Shown: positions 37,171 through 49,766 of the stretch, piece after piece
How positions within the stretch are numbered: the stretch's first letter is position 1
How the letters are laid out: the number at the start of each line of letters is the position of its first letter
Source of the DNA: Lama guanicoe
Lineage: Eukaryota
DNA: 64,000 nucleotides
Direction: 5' to 3'
Assembly: GCA_013239625.1 (NCBI GenBank)
Contig: MU053881.1
Coordinates: 2,480,001-2,544,000 of the forward strand
Position numbers and translations under genes: made by a program
The notes under the pieces: generated by a model
Told to the model about the DNA's origin: nothing
Databases searched by the model: none
Seen by the model: the letters and a program-made list of their open reading frames with translations, nothing else

Positions 37171-40100
37171 GCGGGAGCAGAGCCTTGGCTGGGGCGGAGG
37201 TGGGGGGAGCAGCTGAGACTGGGGCTCCTCCCCACCCCCACCCCTGGCTGGGGCCACCGAGAAGGGAGAGGGGCAGGTTCCGGGCAGATCGGGAGCTAAC
37301 AGGGATTGCTGAGCCAGCCCTCGGGGAACTCGAGAGAAAGAGCCCCCGAGGGTGATAACAGTCCGCGCTGAGTCTCTCTGAGTCTCTCTGAGTCCGCACG
37401 TCACCTGTCTTGGGGTCTGAATCTGAGGCTTGTTAACCTGCCCAGACCCCCTTCTTTCCCTGTCAGAGGAGACGCTGACCCCCAGACACCCTCACCTACG
37501 GATTGTCGCCCATTTTATGGGCTAGAAGATGGCTGAGAAGAGGGACCAGCACCCAGAGGGTGTGTGTCACGCTTTGGGAAGCCTGCCAAGGCCACTGCCC
37601 GGAGACACCCCCCCCCCACTGTGGGGAGAGCAAGAGTGATACAGTCGGAGGCCCAGGGCAAGACCACCCAGAGGCCAGGACGCCCAGCCCTGCCCGAGAC
37701 CTGAGGCGGGCTGGCCCAGAGGGTGGGGTTCAGGGGGCCATGTCTGGGGCTCACCCCCTCCATTCCGTCCTGCCCGCCCTGGGCAGAGGAGGAACCAGGA
37801 GGCTGGGGGCACACTGAAGGATCCCGCACGCGGGCGGCCAGGAGGGGCCACCCCAGCACTCGTCCTCCTGCACTGGTCCTTTCAGGGAAGAGCTGGGAGT
37901 CTGAGGACCCTGGAGGGAACCGTGGCCTCCACGTGGCCTGCCCTCTCCGGGCCTCCGGGCCTCCGGGCCTCCTCACTGGAGTCTCAGAGTGTGAGTGAAG
38001 CCGGTGCCTCCCTTCCCGGCTGCAGCACAGCCCCACCCCACAGAAGGCCTGGGTCAGCCTGGCCCGGACCCACAGGAACCGCTCCATGGAGACTCATGGA
38101 GGCTCCTGGGCCACTGTGACTAACGTAGAGACTGAAAATCAGGACAGTCGTGTTCTAAATGCCGAGAACTCCAGGTGCTCTTCAAAACTCAGCACAGCCG
38201 CCCACGCTGGGCCTGACTTGCACATCCTGCTCCATGGACCGGAGCCCAGAGGCCTGCCCCCAGTAGCCTCCCTCCTGGCTTGGCTGTGCACATAGGACTT
38301 TGCAAGTCCTGCCCTCACAAAGGTGATGGAGGGTCCAGCAGAGGCCTCACCCCCCGCAGCACCTAGACCTACCTGATGGGTGAACCTTCTCCCGCAGGCC
38401 CCAGGACCAGGGTCACTCACATCCCTACAGGCTGGGCTCCTGTGACATGACCATTCCCACGGGCAGGGGGCATGAGCTACCCTCCCCCACCTCCACCAGC
38501 CAAGGGGGATGGGTGAGACTGAGAGGGTCCACGTCTGGGGTTCACCCCTACCTACCAGACCATCTTGCCTTTCTGGGCAGAGAAGGGGCTGGAGGAGCTG
38601 GTGGGGGAAGGTGGCCACATCAATGGTTCTAGAATCCCTGGTGCAGAGGAGCGAGGGTAGTTTGAGGGGGGTACTCTAGGGGCTCACAGGTGTGCCAGGA
38701 GAAGCTGAGGACTGCCCACCCCCCAGGAAGAAGTGAAAGATGGGCAGTCACATAGCTGACCTGGAGATCGGTGTTTCCATCTGTCTCCTCATCTCACTGT
38801 GAGCCCAGGAGAGTCCCTTAACCTCTCTGGGCACCACTTTGGGGTGGTGAGAAAAAGGAGGTGGGCCTCGATGTCTTCTCTAGGGACCCTTTTGACTCTG
38901 AAAGTCTGCATCTCCTTCTCCAATGGGCACGTTTATACTCACAGCTGGTGTATGTAAACAGCCTCGCAGCCTGGCCCTGTGGCCTGCCTGACCAGGAAGA
39001 GAAGTCCCCGTGGTTATTTTGGTGGCGCTGCCCCCTTAACCCTCACACTTTCCATGCAGGTGCAGAAGCCAAGACCTGGAGAGGTTCTGTGACTGAGCCA
39101 AGGTCTCCTGGGGTGAAAGGCTCCCCTGAGGTCGTGCTCCTGGTGGCCCTGGTCACTCAGCGATCAAGTGACAGCAGCATCGGCCCACAGGGCTTCCCTG
39201 TCACACCCTCTGCCCCCAAGGAGAGAGCAGTTCTGGTTCTATTAGCCACATCTGGGGTGCCCAGTGGTCCCTGATCCTGTACCCTCCCCATGAGCTGGGC
39301 TGGTCACCCCATAGTCCCATCTGCTGCACAGCATTGGCCACTGGACTCCAGCCTCCTCACCCCAACCCCTTGCTTCAGTTCAGGCTTTAGGCCACATGGA
39401 CCCCAACTCTAGGGGTGCCCCCGGGCTATCTGAGGGTGCGCGTGGGTGCCTGTGCGGCGAGCGGGTTCTGATGGGGACTAAGCCCTTAGGCCCATTTGGA
39501 GGAGGCTTGTACCTCTCCTTTGAGGTCACTGATCTGAGTGGGTGGAGGAGGAAGCGATCAGGACCCCCTTTATGCAGTGGGCCCTGGTGTCCTTCTCTGC
39601 AGCCCCCACTTGCCCCAGAGCAAGTTCCAGCCCGTGTGTTACCCTCTCAAGGACCCTGAGAAAGGCCAGGTGCATTATTTTAGGATTGTCTTTCTTCCCA
39701 GCTCCAAATGTCTCCTGCTCGTGATGCCTGAGGGCACTTTTAGGAAAAAGAGGTTTTACAGCTGCTGAGGAAAGAGTAAGTAATGCAAGATGGTGAAAAA
39801 AGCAAATTCACAGAATCCGTTCTGCAAACGCTTGCCGAGCAGAGCGGGGCCTGCGCTGACAGAGGCAGATAGATGACCCGCAATTACCGCCCGGATCCCC
39901 CTAGCCTCGCCCAGGCTCCCTCCCGCCTCGTCTCCAAGCAATTTCAGACTTTTTGTACATCTGAAGCAGAGACTGTATACGATTTCTCTCCCCGGCAGAA
40001 GCGGCTTTCAGGTACAGGGGGGAGGCGGCCCGGCGTGTGCGTGTTTATTCTCGAACAAAGGCGGCTGGAGACAAAATGGGCACACGGCCCTCCCCCGGCT

Positions 40101-40689
40101 GCCCGCTCTGGCTTTCTCCCTAAAGCCAAGGCCCTCGATCCGGCTGCAGAGGGGAGACTTGAAGATGCGTGTGCATCTCAGCCTCTGCAAAGTGCTGGGG
40201 TCCTAGGACAAAGGTGTGGGCGGTTCTGCTGGGTTCCCTTCAAAAAGCTGGGCTGGCAGGAACAGGTGACAGGAATCGGGCTAATGTGGCCTGTCATTGG
40301 AAGGTTCCCTAACCTGGACAGGCCCCTCTAGAGTCTTCTCTCCTGGGCGGGGTGCAGGATTTAAGGGGTCCAGTTTCAGCCAGAGGTCCCCTAGTCAACG
40401 CCTCAGGACACGGTGGACCAGAAACAGGATGCACTGGGCGGGTCTGGGAGCTGCAGACAGTCATGGGCACAGAGCCAGGCAGGGGTCTGCATTAGCAGGA
40501 GCCACCTCCATTCTCTCCTCAGCTCCCTCCATGTTGGCTCTGGGGGGTGAGGAAATAGTCAGGGCATAAGAGACAGCCCAAAGCCACAGCATGGAGCGGC
40601 TCCCAAATCCAGCCACCCATGGTCATCCTGAGGATTTTGGTCTCATCTAGGTACCACCTCTACACTCATTATGCTAAAAAAAAAAAAAA

Positions 40690-40848
40690 GGGGGCGGAGG
40701 GAGGAGCTCAGTGGTAGAGCACATGCTGAGCATGCAGGAGATCCCGCCCAATCCCCAGTACCTCCATTTAAAATAAATAAACCTAACTACCTCCCCTCCG
40801 CCCTTCTCAAAAAAAAGTCAAAAACTAAAAAGTAAAATAAAAAAAAAT
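40690..40848 (+). mobile_element. tRNA-Ala-derived SINE (vic-1-like), long form, B box degenerate
   Basis: AGCTCAGTGGTAGAGCACATGCTGAGCATGCA...CCCCAGTACCTCCA, AAACCTAACTACCTCCCC, A-rich tail. Confidence 0.85.
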
Positions 40849-40849
40849 T

Positions 40850-41510
40850 TTTTTTAACCAGATAATACAATCATCTGGTTCCAAAAGCAAAATAAGGCTA
40901 AAAGTGGGAGGCGGAGCCTCTCTCCCACCTCTCCCCCTGCCACCCAGTTCCTCATTCCCTCCGCCGACCACAAAAGACCGTCCTATGTTTGTTGTTAGTT
41001 TTTCTCTATCCTTCTAGAGCATCTTCATGGAAGTATACCAAATATGAAGATGTATTCTGGTTTTCCCTCTTTCTTGGGCAAAACAGATCACATCCTCTAG
41101 GCTGTTCTGCATCTTACCTTCTCACTTGATACACTGCACAGATGTTCCGCTTTATACACGCTGGGCGCCGTATGTATAAGGGTATTCATGGCATTATCGC
41201 AGTCAAAGCTTGAAAGCGACTGAGGGTCCACTGAAAGGGGTTACCTGTTCACACAATGGAGTTCTCTTTTGTTAAAAAAAAAAAAAGGAGGTGGAAGAAG
41301 ATGAGGAATGTTTCTATGTTCTGATTAGGAAAGATTTCTAATCTCCAGACTGCCTTAATTGAATAGAAAAGGTGTAGGATAAATTCCCAAAAGTGGGATT
41401 GGTGGGTCAAAGGGTACATGCATTTGCAATCTTGATAGGTATTGTCAAACCTTTTGTGGCTTCTGGATTTTTAAGTCATAATTTAAAAAACCTTTTCATT
41501 TTCCTAATAT
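40850..41510 (-). mobile_element. Fragmented ancient L1ME remnants
   Basis: TAGGATAAATTCCCAAAAGTGGGATTGGTGGGTCAAAGGGTA; an opposite-strand fragment at ~41170-41375. Confidence 0.55.
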
Positions 41511-41718
41511 CTTGCTTTATATCAATTTATTTTTTAAACTTAATAAATATATATATTTTAAAGAGAAACTAGAATAAGGGAAAAACCCCAGAAATCGAAA
41601 AAAGGTGATGGGCAAGTTAGGGTCTTTAAATACAGAAGAACTGAATATAATTCAAAGCAGTAGCAAACATATTCTGGCTGATGTAAATAGAAAGGGAACT
41701 TATTAAAGAAGATTTGGT

Positions 41719-41822
41719 GGGGGAGGGTATAGCTCAGTGGTAAAGTGCATGCTTAGCATGCACAAGGTCCTGGGTTCAATCCCCAGTACCTCCACTAAAA
41801 TACACAAACCTAATTACCTCCT
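41719..41822 (+). mobile_element. tRNA-Ala(AGC)-derived SINE (vic-1-like), 3'-truncated, inserted in an old MLT1-like LTR (~41615-42170)
   Basis: 72-nt tRNA-like head 41723-41794 then AAACCTAATTACCTC; no A tail or 3' TSD visible. Confidence 0.9.
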
Positions 41823-42589
41823 GGACATCCAGGAAGAGGCCACAAAAACATCATAGCTCTTGCCCTTGGCTTTGACACCCCAACCTGCCCAGCTGGGTCC
41901 CAGGTCCTGTCCCTGCTGCATCTGGAAGACAGACGCAGCTGCTCTTGGCAGCCAGTGCAGCCACTGCCCAACCATTGGCAGATTCTGGGATGCTGGGTGG
42001 TCCCTGCTGTTTTGTGACCCTTACTGGTTGGGGTGGATTTGACTGATGGAGGATCCTAGGGGTCAGGGAAAGCCTTAGCGGGCAAATGCTCGGCCTTTCA
42101 GCTGAGACCTAGGGAATCTTGCTCTTTCTGGCCAGGAAGAAGGTTCTAGAACTGGGTGGCCAAAAAGAATAATGAGAATCCACTCTCAGAAGGATGGATC
42201 AGGTTCTCAAAGACACAGTGCTGCACAGGGTAAGATGCTGTGTCAGAGCAGCACAGAGAGAAACGTCTGAGGTCAACCCAGAGGTCCGGGAGCTCCAGGA
42301 GAGGGGAGATGGGAGGGAGGAAGATGGGGGCTGTGGTTGGGCGGTGGGATGGGGAGCCTGGGAGGAGTTTGAGGAAGGGAGAGGCTCAGGACTTGGCTTG
42401 AGAGGCGAGTGGGCCCAGGGACCTGGGAGGGGTGCTGGGCTGTTAAGAGAAGTGGAATAGCAGAGGATGACGGGGCACAGAGTAGGTCCGGGGACAGGAC
42501 CTCAGGAGGAGGGGCACAGAGCGCACGCCCCCAACTGGCCCCAAATGAAGCTGAGGCACCTTCCTGAGCCTGACAGAGGAGGCACACCT

Positions 42590-42678
42590 GCCGTAGGGTC
42601 CAGGGGGAGAGTGCATATTTCCCCAGCATTTCCCGTAAATCCCCAGGGACACCTGGACCCCACTTTGAGAACCAGGGA
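42590..42678. mobile_element. MER5-like fragment
   Basis: GGACCCCACTTTGAGAACCAGGG terminal motif. Confidence 0.55.
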
Positions 42679-43449
42679 TTGTATTTTCCTGAGCTCCCAT
42701 TACACTTGTGCAGCCACGGCACTGACGCATCCCCACAGCTTCGCTGTTCTTTTCATTCATGCTGACCCTGCCTGGAGGGCTGTGCCCGGCCCTGTTTCTC
42801 CCTGACAAAGTGATGTGTTCAGCGAGGTGGGGGGAACCCCATCTCCTCCCACACCCCCAACAGCCTCGCACCCCGGGCTGTGTGTGAATCCTCCATTATT
42901 CATGGCTCTCAGAGCTGGGCTGGAACCCGCACTGTTTTCATCTGTAACTCCCAGCCCTCTCCTCTCACGATGCCTTTGCATTTGATCTTCTGCAAATTTG
43001 CCTCTTTGTTCTTCAGACAGAATCATATTGCCAGGGGCTCCCGACGGCCCTTGGTGGCACAGACTGCCACGGAAATTCTCTTTAAATAAAAAAATAAAAA
43101 CGTCCCCAGAGCAATAAGCAAGGCACTTCCAGGTGGCAATGTCATAACCGACCATAAGACAACAGCTCAGAGCAGAGAACAAAGCAGGCCTGGACCCAGC
43201 TGTGGGTGGACGAGCGCTGAGAACTCGCGGGAAGGGAGGCGAGGCCGGTCCTGGTTCTCTCTCTCCCTGGATCAGTTGTTTCTTCCCTGTATTTCATATT
43301 CTAGGCTTGAAAGTTGGTTGATGACAACCAACTGACAAGACTGCTGAGACCAGGGCTATTGATGGGGTGCTGGGAGTAGCATGTTTCCGAAGACTTCGGC
43401 TTCTGTTTATTTGCTGATGTATTTGCTCACTCACAAGCATTGGTTGTAC

Positions 43450-44485
43450 CAGGCCTCAGGGAGCCAGTGGCAGAGAATCCGTCTCAAACTGTAAAGTCAG
43501 GGGTAGTAACTGCTTCGGTTCCTGCTGAATCCAGGGGTTCAAAAAGGTCTTCAAATCCCGTGCATCTGCTCAGGTGTACATATCAAAATGGTTAGGATGG
43601 TAAATTTTATGTTATGTGCATTGTAGTATAGTGGGGTTTTTTTTAATTTGAATACAAAACAAAAACCTTGCACCCTGTGCCTCATCCCTTTTCCAGTGGG
43701 ACCTCCAGATGGCTGCTTCCACCTGGAATGCAGTCCCCTTGCATAACTCAAGTCCCTGCTCCAAAGTCAGCTCCTCAGAAAGGCCCCCCTGAGGGCAGTC
43801 AGAAGAACCCCTGTTCTTTGGCCACTCACTCTCACCCTTCAAACACTTGCCATTTCCAGAAATTATCCTGTTTATTCACCAGCTTACTTTTATGCTTATT
43901 TGTTGTAGAGACTGCTTCTTCCCGCTTGACTGTCCATGAACTCCGTGAGACTGGGGACCTTGTCTTGTTCACAGCTGTTTCCCCAGGGCCAGGAGCAGGC
44001 CGGGCAGAGAGTGGAACTTAACAGGTAGATGTAGAAGGAATCAGTGAAGGAATGTTCTCTCCTCTTCTCTTGGTCTTACTCTCCACGCACTGGTGGGGCC
44101 TCCCTGTACAGGGGCGAGCTGGCTGCAGGCAGCTCGGATGTTCCCCCTTCAGTATCACCTCATGGTCTGTATCACATCAACAGCATCACATCGTCAAGGC
44201 ACCATTCCCGCAGCAGCAGCACCGACTTCAATGGGAGGAAAGGGCTTCTCTCGCAAATATCCCAAGGCTGCAGCTCATTGGCTATGACTGAGTCATGTGA
44301 CCTTCCCTGAGCCAATCACTGCAAGCAGGGATAAAGTGCTCTGATTGGTCAGGCCTGAAGCCCGGGTCAACTCCTGGGACCAGAAGCAGCCTCAGTACCA
44401 CTGAAACTGCAGTGGAAGTGGGGTGGTTTCCCCCACAGAAAATCAGTGAGCGGATGCCAAGGAAGGGTCAGGCAGACACCCCCAG
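43450..44485 (-). mobile_element. MLT1 LTR in two pieces (~43450-43550, ~44055-44485) separated by an L1 tail (~43575-43665) and an L2 (~43690-44050)
   Basis: CTGAATCCAGGGGTTCAAA; CCCTGAGCCAATCACTG...CTCTGATTGGTCAGGCCTG; L2 motif GGACCTTGTCTTGTTCACAGCTGTTTCCCCAG. Confidence 0.65.
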
Positions 44486-44719
44486 TTTTGTACCAGGCTC
44501 TGGAGAGTTCAAGATAGTAGCACTTTAACGAACGTTTGCTGAATGAGAGCCACTCAATCCATGACCTCTCAGCAGAGCGAGGAAGACAGATTCGTGTGAT
44601 CATAGGACGTGTTCATGCTGAAGGAAGATAGGGCTGGGGGCTCACCTGTGTCCCTCTCATGAGGTGGCTCCAGGTGAGTCAGTTTTACACACCTCGTTGC
44701 CAGGTTGAAATAAGAGCTA

Positions 44720-45372
44720 AGGATCTGCTTGACCCAAGGATTCCATGAATTTACTCAAAAGGAGAAATCAACTATATTGCACAGGAACGGTTGTTGCAGC
44801 GTCATTGGCGATTAAAAAAAAAAAAAAACACTGGAAACAACCCAAATGTTCCCCAATAGGGGACTGGTTAACTAAATTATGAAACATCCACTCGATGAAA
44901 TATTCTGGAGCCGTTAAAAATGATTGTTAACAAAAACTGCAGAGCAACAGGGGAAAAGGCATCTGTTCTAAGGCACAGTGACAGCACAGAATACAAAACG
45001 GGACTGTGACAAGTGCCCAGCAACGTGCCCTGTCCTGTGCCTGGGCTGCAACTCTTGCCCCCAGGAAGCTGATCCGTGGCTACGACATGAAAACAAGTAA
45101 TGACCCTCAAGAGGTGAGAAATGCAATAACAGAGGACCAGGGAGTTACTCAGGGTCCAAGAAAGCTGTCCTGAGAAGTGGTCTTTGAGCTGAATTTTATG
45201 GGGAGTAAGCTGTAAGACTGGAGCTATGTAAACATGTGGACACTTAAAAGAAGAGGCTTGAAGGCGATGCATACACAAAAAATGAAAATAGTTGTGCCAA
45301 AGAGAATTATGGGTGATTTTTCTTCCTCTTTTTTCCAAAATTTCTTTCATGTTATATTGTTTTAACAATAAA
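44720..45372 (+). mobile_element. Ancient L1ME-type 3' end
   Basis: CTGGAAACAACCCAAATGTTCCCCAATAGGGGACTGG; GAATTATGGGTGATTTTT...AATAAAA. Confidence 0.7.
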
Positions 45373-46389
45373 AGCTAGTAGAAAACTAAGCTCAGATAAG
45401 GAAGAATAATTTTCACTACCAACATTCGTGTCTGTAAATCATACATGAGTTCATAAGTGCTTTATTTTCTCAACAGAGCGGGGACGTGGGGAAATATTTA
45501 TTGAATGTTTTGCATTTTGCCTGGCCCTGTAGTCTGCAGTGAAGGGATGAGACACTTAGGTTTCTAGTGGGAAGAACAAGTTCTAAACAGATGAAATAGT
45601 AAATTTTTTAAAATATTTAAATAATGGTGCCCAGGGCTGGGGCACTGCTCTACGAGTGTCGGGGAGCAAGGACCTGGTGGAAAAAGAGGAGGAACAAACA
45701 TGCAGTCAGGCAGCCTGATACCTGTTGAGGAGAAACAGACAGCCACAGAGTGGGTCTTGCCTTTGAATAAGGGACAGAAGGTCAAGGGTCAAGGATGAGG
45801 AAGGCGAGGAGAGGGTCAGAGAAGCAGAGCAGGGCAGAAGTTGTAAAAAGTTTGCAGGTCAGAAAGGAACCCTTGGGGGAGTCTCCAGATGCAGCTTCAA
45901 AGGGGCTGAGGAGGACCTGAGAGTGTGGGGAGGACATGGTATCACATTAGATAACTCCACCCTGACCCCAAGCCTACCACTAGCCAGCTGCGTGCATCAC
46001 TCAGTTCTTAGCTGATCATGGTACAAATCCTGCTAGGAACCTGGCCAGTGATGACGATGCTGCCAGCACCCTGACCATGGCCACCACAGCTTGCAAGCGA
46101 CACAGCATGGCCCCAGCTGCTACCCATCCAGAAGATTCTCCCCTGACCTTGCTTCTTTGCTCTTATCTCCGGATCCAGATCTGGGGTGAGGAGCATCTTA
46201 TGGGCAAGGCTTGAGCACGGACTAGCTGCTGGGGACAACAGGAAAATGTGTGCCTGCCATTTTCAGTTTCCACAATGCAAGGTGAGCCTCATAAAGTGAG
46301 GATCTCCGTAAACACAGGACGGGGTTCAGATATGCAGCTACTGTTCATCTCCATAGGAAGCCCCAAACTCTCACGTGAATCCCCTCATG

Positions 46390-48530
46390 TGCAAGGTGGG
46401 GAGACAAATGGCAGACCGAACACCCAATATCTAATTGCACTCCCTTCCAGCTCCCACTAAAACTACAGCAAGTGATTTTTTTTAAAAGACATCAACTTCA
46501 CGGGAAGGATAACACGGGCAGAGATGATGGAAAAATGATTTTGGAGGCTGGAAACAGGGAGGGGTGATACCCACCCAAGAGGCTGGTTTGTTTCTCTAAA
46601 GGATGCACAAGTCTGTTCTCACCCCAGAGCCTCGGGAACGTGCAGCCCCAGGTACACCTGGAAATGGAGGTGAGCGGGAGTTAAAACAAGAGCCAGCAAA
46701 GCAAACCTGTGGGAATCTGGACCCTCGGGTCACTCCAAGCGGTTGGGTAATCACCCCTCATCTCCCCAGCATAAGTCCAGGTTTATTCTCTGGACTGGAA
46801 GAGACAAGGCTCAGCTAAGAGCTTAGATACTATACTGAAAACAGGGTGCAAAATGCTGTGACCCCCCCGCACACACACACCCCGCTCCCTTCCCCTACTC
46901 AGCTCCAGAAACCATCAGGCCAGATCTCTCCTCCAGGCAGGAGGCTGGAAGGGTTTCTCTAGGGAAACTGACCAGCCCCCATTGTAAAGGCCTCAAGGTA
47001 CAGGCACCGGCAGGTTCCCCCACCAGTGACGCATTAAGATCTTGAAGTTTTCAGTCAACATTTTGGTACTGTGAACAAAAAATATTGCAAGCCGTATCAG
47101 TAAACAAAAACACGGTGGCCATCCAGTCATCAGCTGCTACCGCCACCCCTTGACAGTGAGCGGAGGGAACTCAGGATGCAGACACCCAGGCAGCCCGGCC
47201 TCGGGAGCCACCCCCAGTGGTGCCCCCTGAGGGGAAGCAGGGTGGGAAAGAACAGGACACTGGCCCTAGATAGCTAGGTGCATAGCAAAGGAAGAATTTG
47301 CATGAGCCCAGAACTTTGCACCTCCCCATAAATAGAAAGTGCTAAATTCCTTAACTTGAGATACCTGGTTTTCTTTAATTAACAGTAATCAGTAACAGTA
47401 GTTGATGTTCCAACTACCTGGTCTTTGTTGCAAAAACTCATATATCCTGAGTTCTACTTTGCCACTTTGGAGCCGTCCCTCGGAGCGATTTGAGAGGCTG
47501 TCATCCTGGGCTTAAGCCCGCAGACATGTCCACTGAATAAAACAAAACTTTCAGCTTTCAGGTTGTGCATTTTATTTCAGTCGACAGTACTTAATTAAAC
47601 ATGATCTGGTGAACCACAGGTCACCAGACATCCAAGGAACACCTCCATCATGGGATAGAGAGAACAAAGCAGACAAATAGAAAAAAATAATGTACAAAAA
47701 CAAAGGCCATGAGAGATGAAGAAAACCTTGAAAGATTGTTAAGAATAATCCCAGGGACATAAGAGAAATTATTACATCCATGAAGCTCTAATAAAAAAAG
47801 AAACATTCAGAGAATAGAGAATTGAAAGAGAGTTCTTGGAAATTAAAAGCAGTAAGAAGTGATTTTTTTTTCCCAAAAAAGAATGGATGGATTAGAGAGG
47901 CAAATGTGAGGAAATCTCCCAGAAAATAGCCAAAAGACAAAGAGATGGGAAATAGGAGAGGAAAAGTAAGAAGGTTGATAGATGGATTCAGGACATTCAA
48001 CATCTGAGTAATAAGAGTGAAGAAAAGAGAAAATAGAGAGAAATTTAATGAAATAATTCAGGGAAATTTCTCAGGAACGAAGGGCATGTGTTTTTGGGTT
48101 GAAAGGATTCATGCTGGTGCATTACAAGGGATGAAAGCAGACCCACACCAAAGCACGTTGCTGCACAAGTTCAGGAGCCTGGAGACAAAAAGCGAAGTCT
48201 ACAAGTTTTGAGAGAAACTAGCAAACGTGCAGTCATGCTTTCAAAATTCTGAAGGAAAATTATTTCCAAGCTAGATTCTACACCCAGGTAAGCTCTTCAT
48301 CAAATGAAAGGAGAGGAAAGGACACCTTCAGGCTACAAGAGCCTCCAAAATTGAGCTCTCTTCCACTCCCTTCTCAGGAGGTCACTGGAGCTTGTGCTCC
48401 ACGATGAGAGACAGCAAACCAAGAAAGGAAATAACCAGAGGCTCAGGGATCAGGAGACCCAACACAGAGAGAGGGCAAAAGAAACCCACAGGACAATGGT
48501 GACAAGGGATCAGGGCATCTGTTGAATTCC
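46390..48530 (+). mobile_element. HAL1/L1ME-like 5'UTR and decayed ORF1, interrupted by an LTR
   Basis: AAATGGCAGACCGAACAC 5' motif; EKFNEIIQGNFSGTK (ORF 48017-48211); TTCAAAATTCTGAAGGAAAATTATTTCCAAGCTAGATTCTA. Confidence 0.7.
47070..47586 (+). mobile_element. ERV1-class solo LTR (517 bp)
   Basis: TGT...ACA termini, 4-bp TSD GTAC at 47066-47069 and 47587-47590, AATAAA at 47536-47541. Confidence 0.9.
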
Positions 48531-48899
48531 AGGCATAGATTGGAGACAGTCTGAACTTTGGTGGCCAAGTACATGCAAGGCTCCATATCTGGAGTCACCC
48601 TTCCCTCCAAAAGGAGCAGGCAGGCACGGTGAACATCAGAGGAGCCACCTCTTCTTCAAGGATGCTGGCCTGCGGCTGACACAGAGCCAGGAGGTGAAGG
48701 GCATTCCTAACATGAATCGCCACACTGAAGCTGGGCCTCTGGGCAAGAGCCTTCTGATATCTGATCCCGTAGGACACCGTACAGAAGAAAACACAAATTA
48801 AGGATACTCCTCTATCTGCATACACACCTGGGTATGAACAGGCAGGGCCCAGAGCGGTGAGCAAAAGTGAATTTCCCTCTTCATGTGGAGCATAAACAT

Positions 48900-49290
48900 A
48901 AAGCATATAAGTTCCAACTGTACCAAGTGCTTTGGAAAAAAATAAAAACCAGATCAATGGTGTTGAGAATGGCTGTGGGGGGAGGTCAGGGCAGGCCTTT
49001 CTGAGGAGGTGACATTTGAGTTGAGACCTGCATGATGAGGTGAGCTGGCTGTGCAAGGACCTTAAGGGGAAGACTTACAGGCAGGGGAAACAGCAAGTGC
49101 AAAGGCCCTGAGGTGGGTATGAATTTGACACGTTAATGATCCGAGTAGAGAAAGTAGGAGAGTAGTAGGTGAGTTCCAACATGGGAGGAGTGGGGCTGGG
49201 TCCAGTAGGGCTGCAGTTGCCAGGTGAAGGGGCTGTAGGAGGGCTCAGAGGGAGTTTTATGCAGGAGGATGCCTTGACCTTATTTACATA
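48900..49290 (-). mobile_element. LINE-2
   Basis: GAGGAGGTGACATTTGAGTTGAGACCTG...GGAAACAGCAAGTGCAAAGGCCCTGAGGTGGG. Confidence 0.8.
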
Positions 49291-49291
49291 T

Positions 49292-49680
49292 TGTGACTAT
49301 TAATGTCCTGGGACAAAAGTGACTAAAAACCAATATCCATTCCCCCTTCAGTCTCACTACAAAGACCTGGGCAAAGAGCTGAGTTTTAAAACCAAACCAA
49401 ACTACATTTCCCAGCCTCCCTTGCAGCTAGGTGTGGTCAATGCACTAAATTCTGATGAATGGGATGTAAACTCTTTGCTCCTCCATTTTTCTCCTTCCAG
49501 CCTGACATGATGCCTGGAAGTTCAGCAGATGTTTTTCACCTTGAGATGACCTTTGGATAGAAGCCACATGCTAGGAAGCGACAAGGGACAAATAGAAGGA
49601 ACCTGGCTCCTCAGTGACTACAGGTTGTCTTATCAGCCTTAGACTGTCAATCTCCAGGTTATTTTATGAGAAAATGGACC
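49292..49680 (+). mobile_element. MLT1 LTR (tail probably resumes ~50575-50625)
   Basis: ACTACATTTCCCAGCCTCCCTTGCAGCTAGGTGTGGTCA. Confidence 0.75.
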
Positions 49681-49766
49681 CTTGTGAGGGTTGGCTGCCA
49701 CCGTTCAGCTCACCTTGATTCTTAAGGGTCACTTCCAGGTAGAGTTGAGGTCTTTCATGGAAACTT

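Noticed and set aside
37368..37972. Short tandem repeats (CTGAGTCTCT x2.7 at 37368; CTCCGGGC x3 at 37945)
   Set aside because: Ordinary slippage repeats with no spacers; not CRISPR-like
41723..41794. Apparent tRNA-Ala(AGC) gene (also the five related copies)
   Set aside because: Has the SINE 5' G-rich extension and tail, related copies have TSDs, and the stems and T loop carry substitutions; these are SINE heads, not tRNA genes
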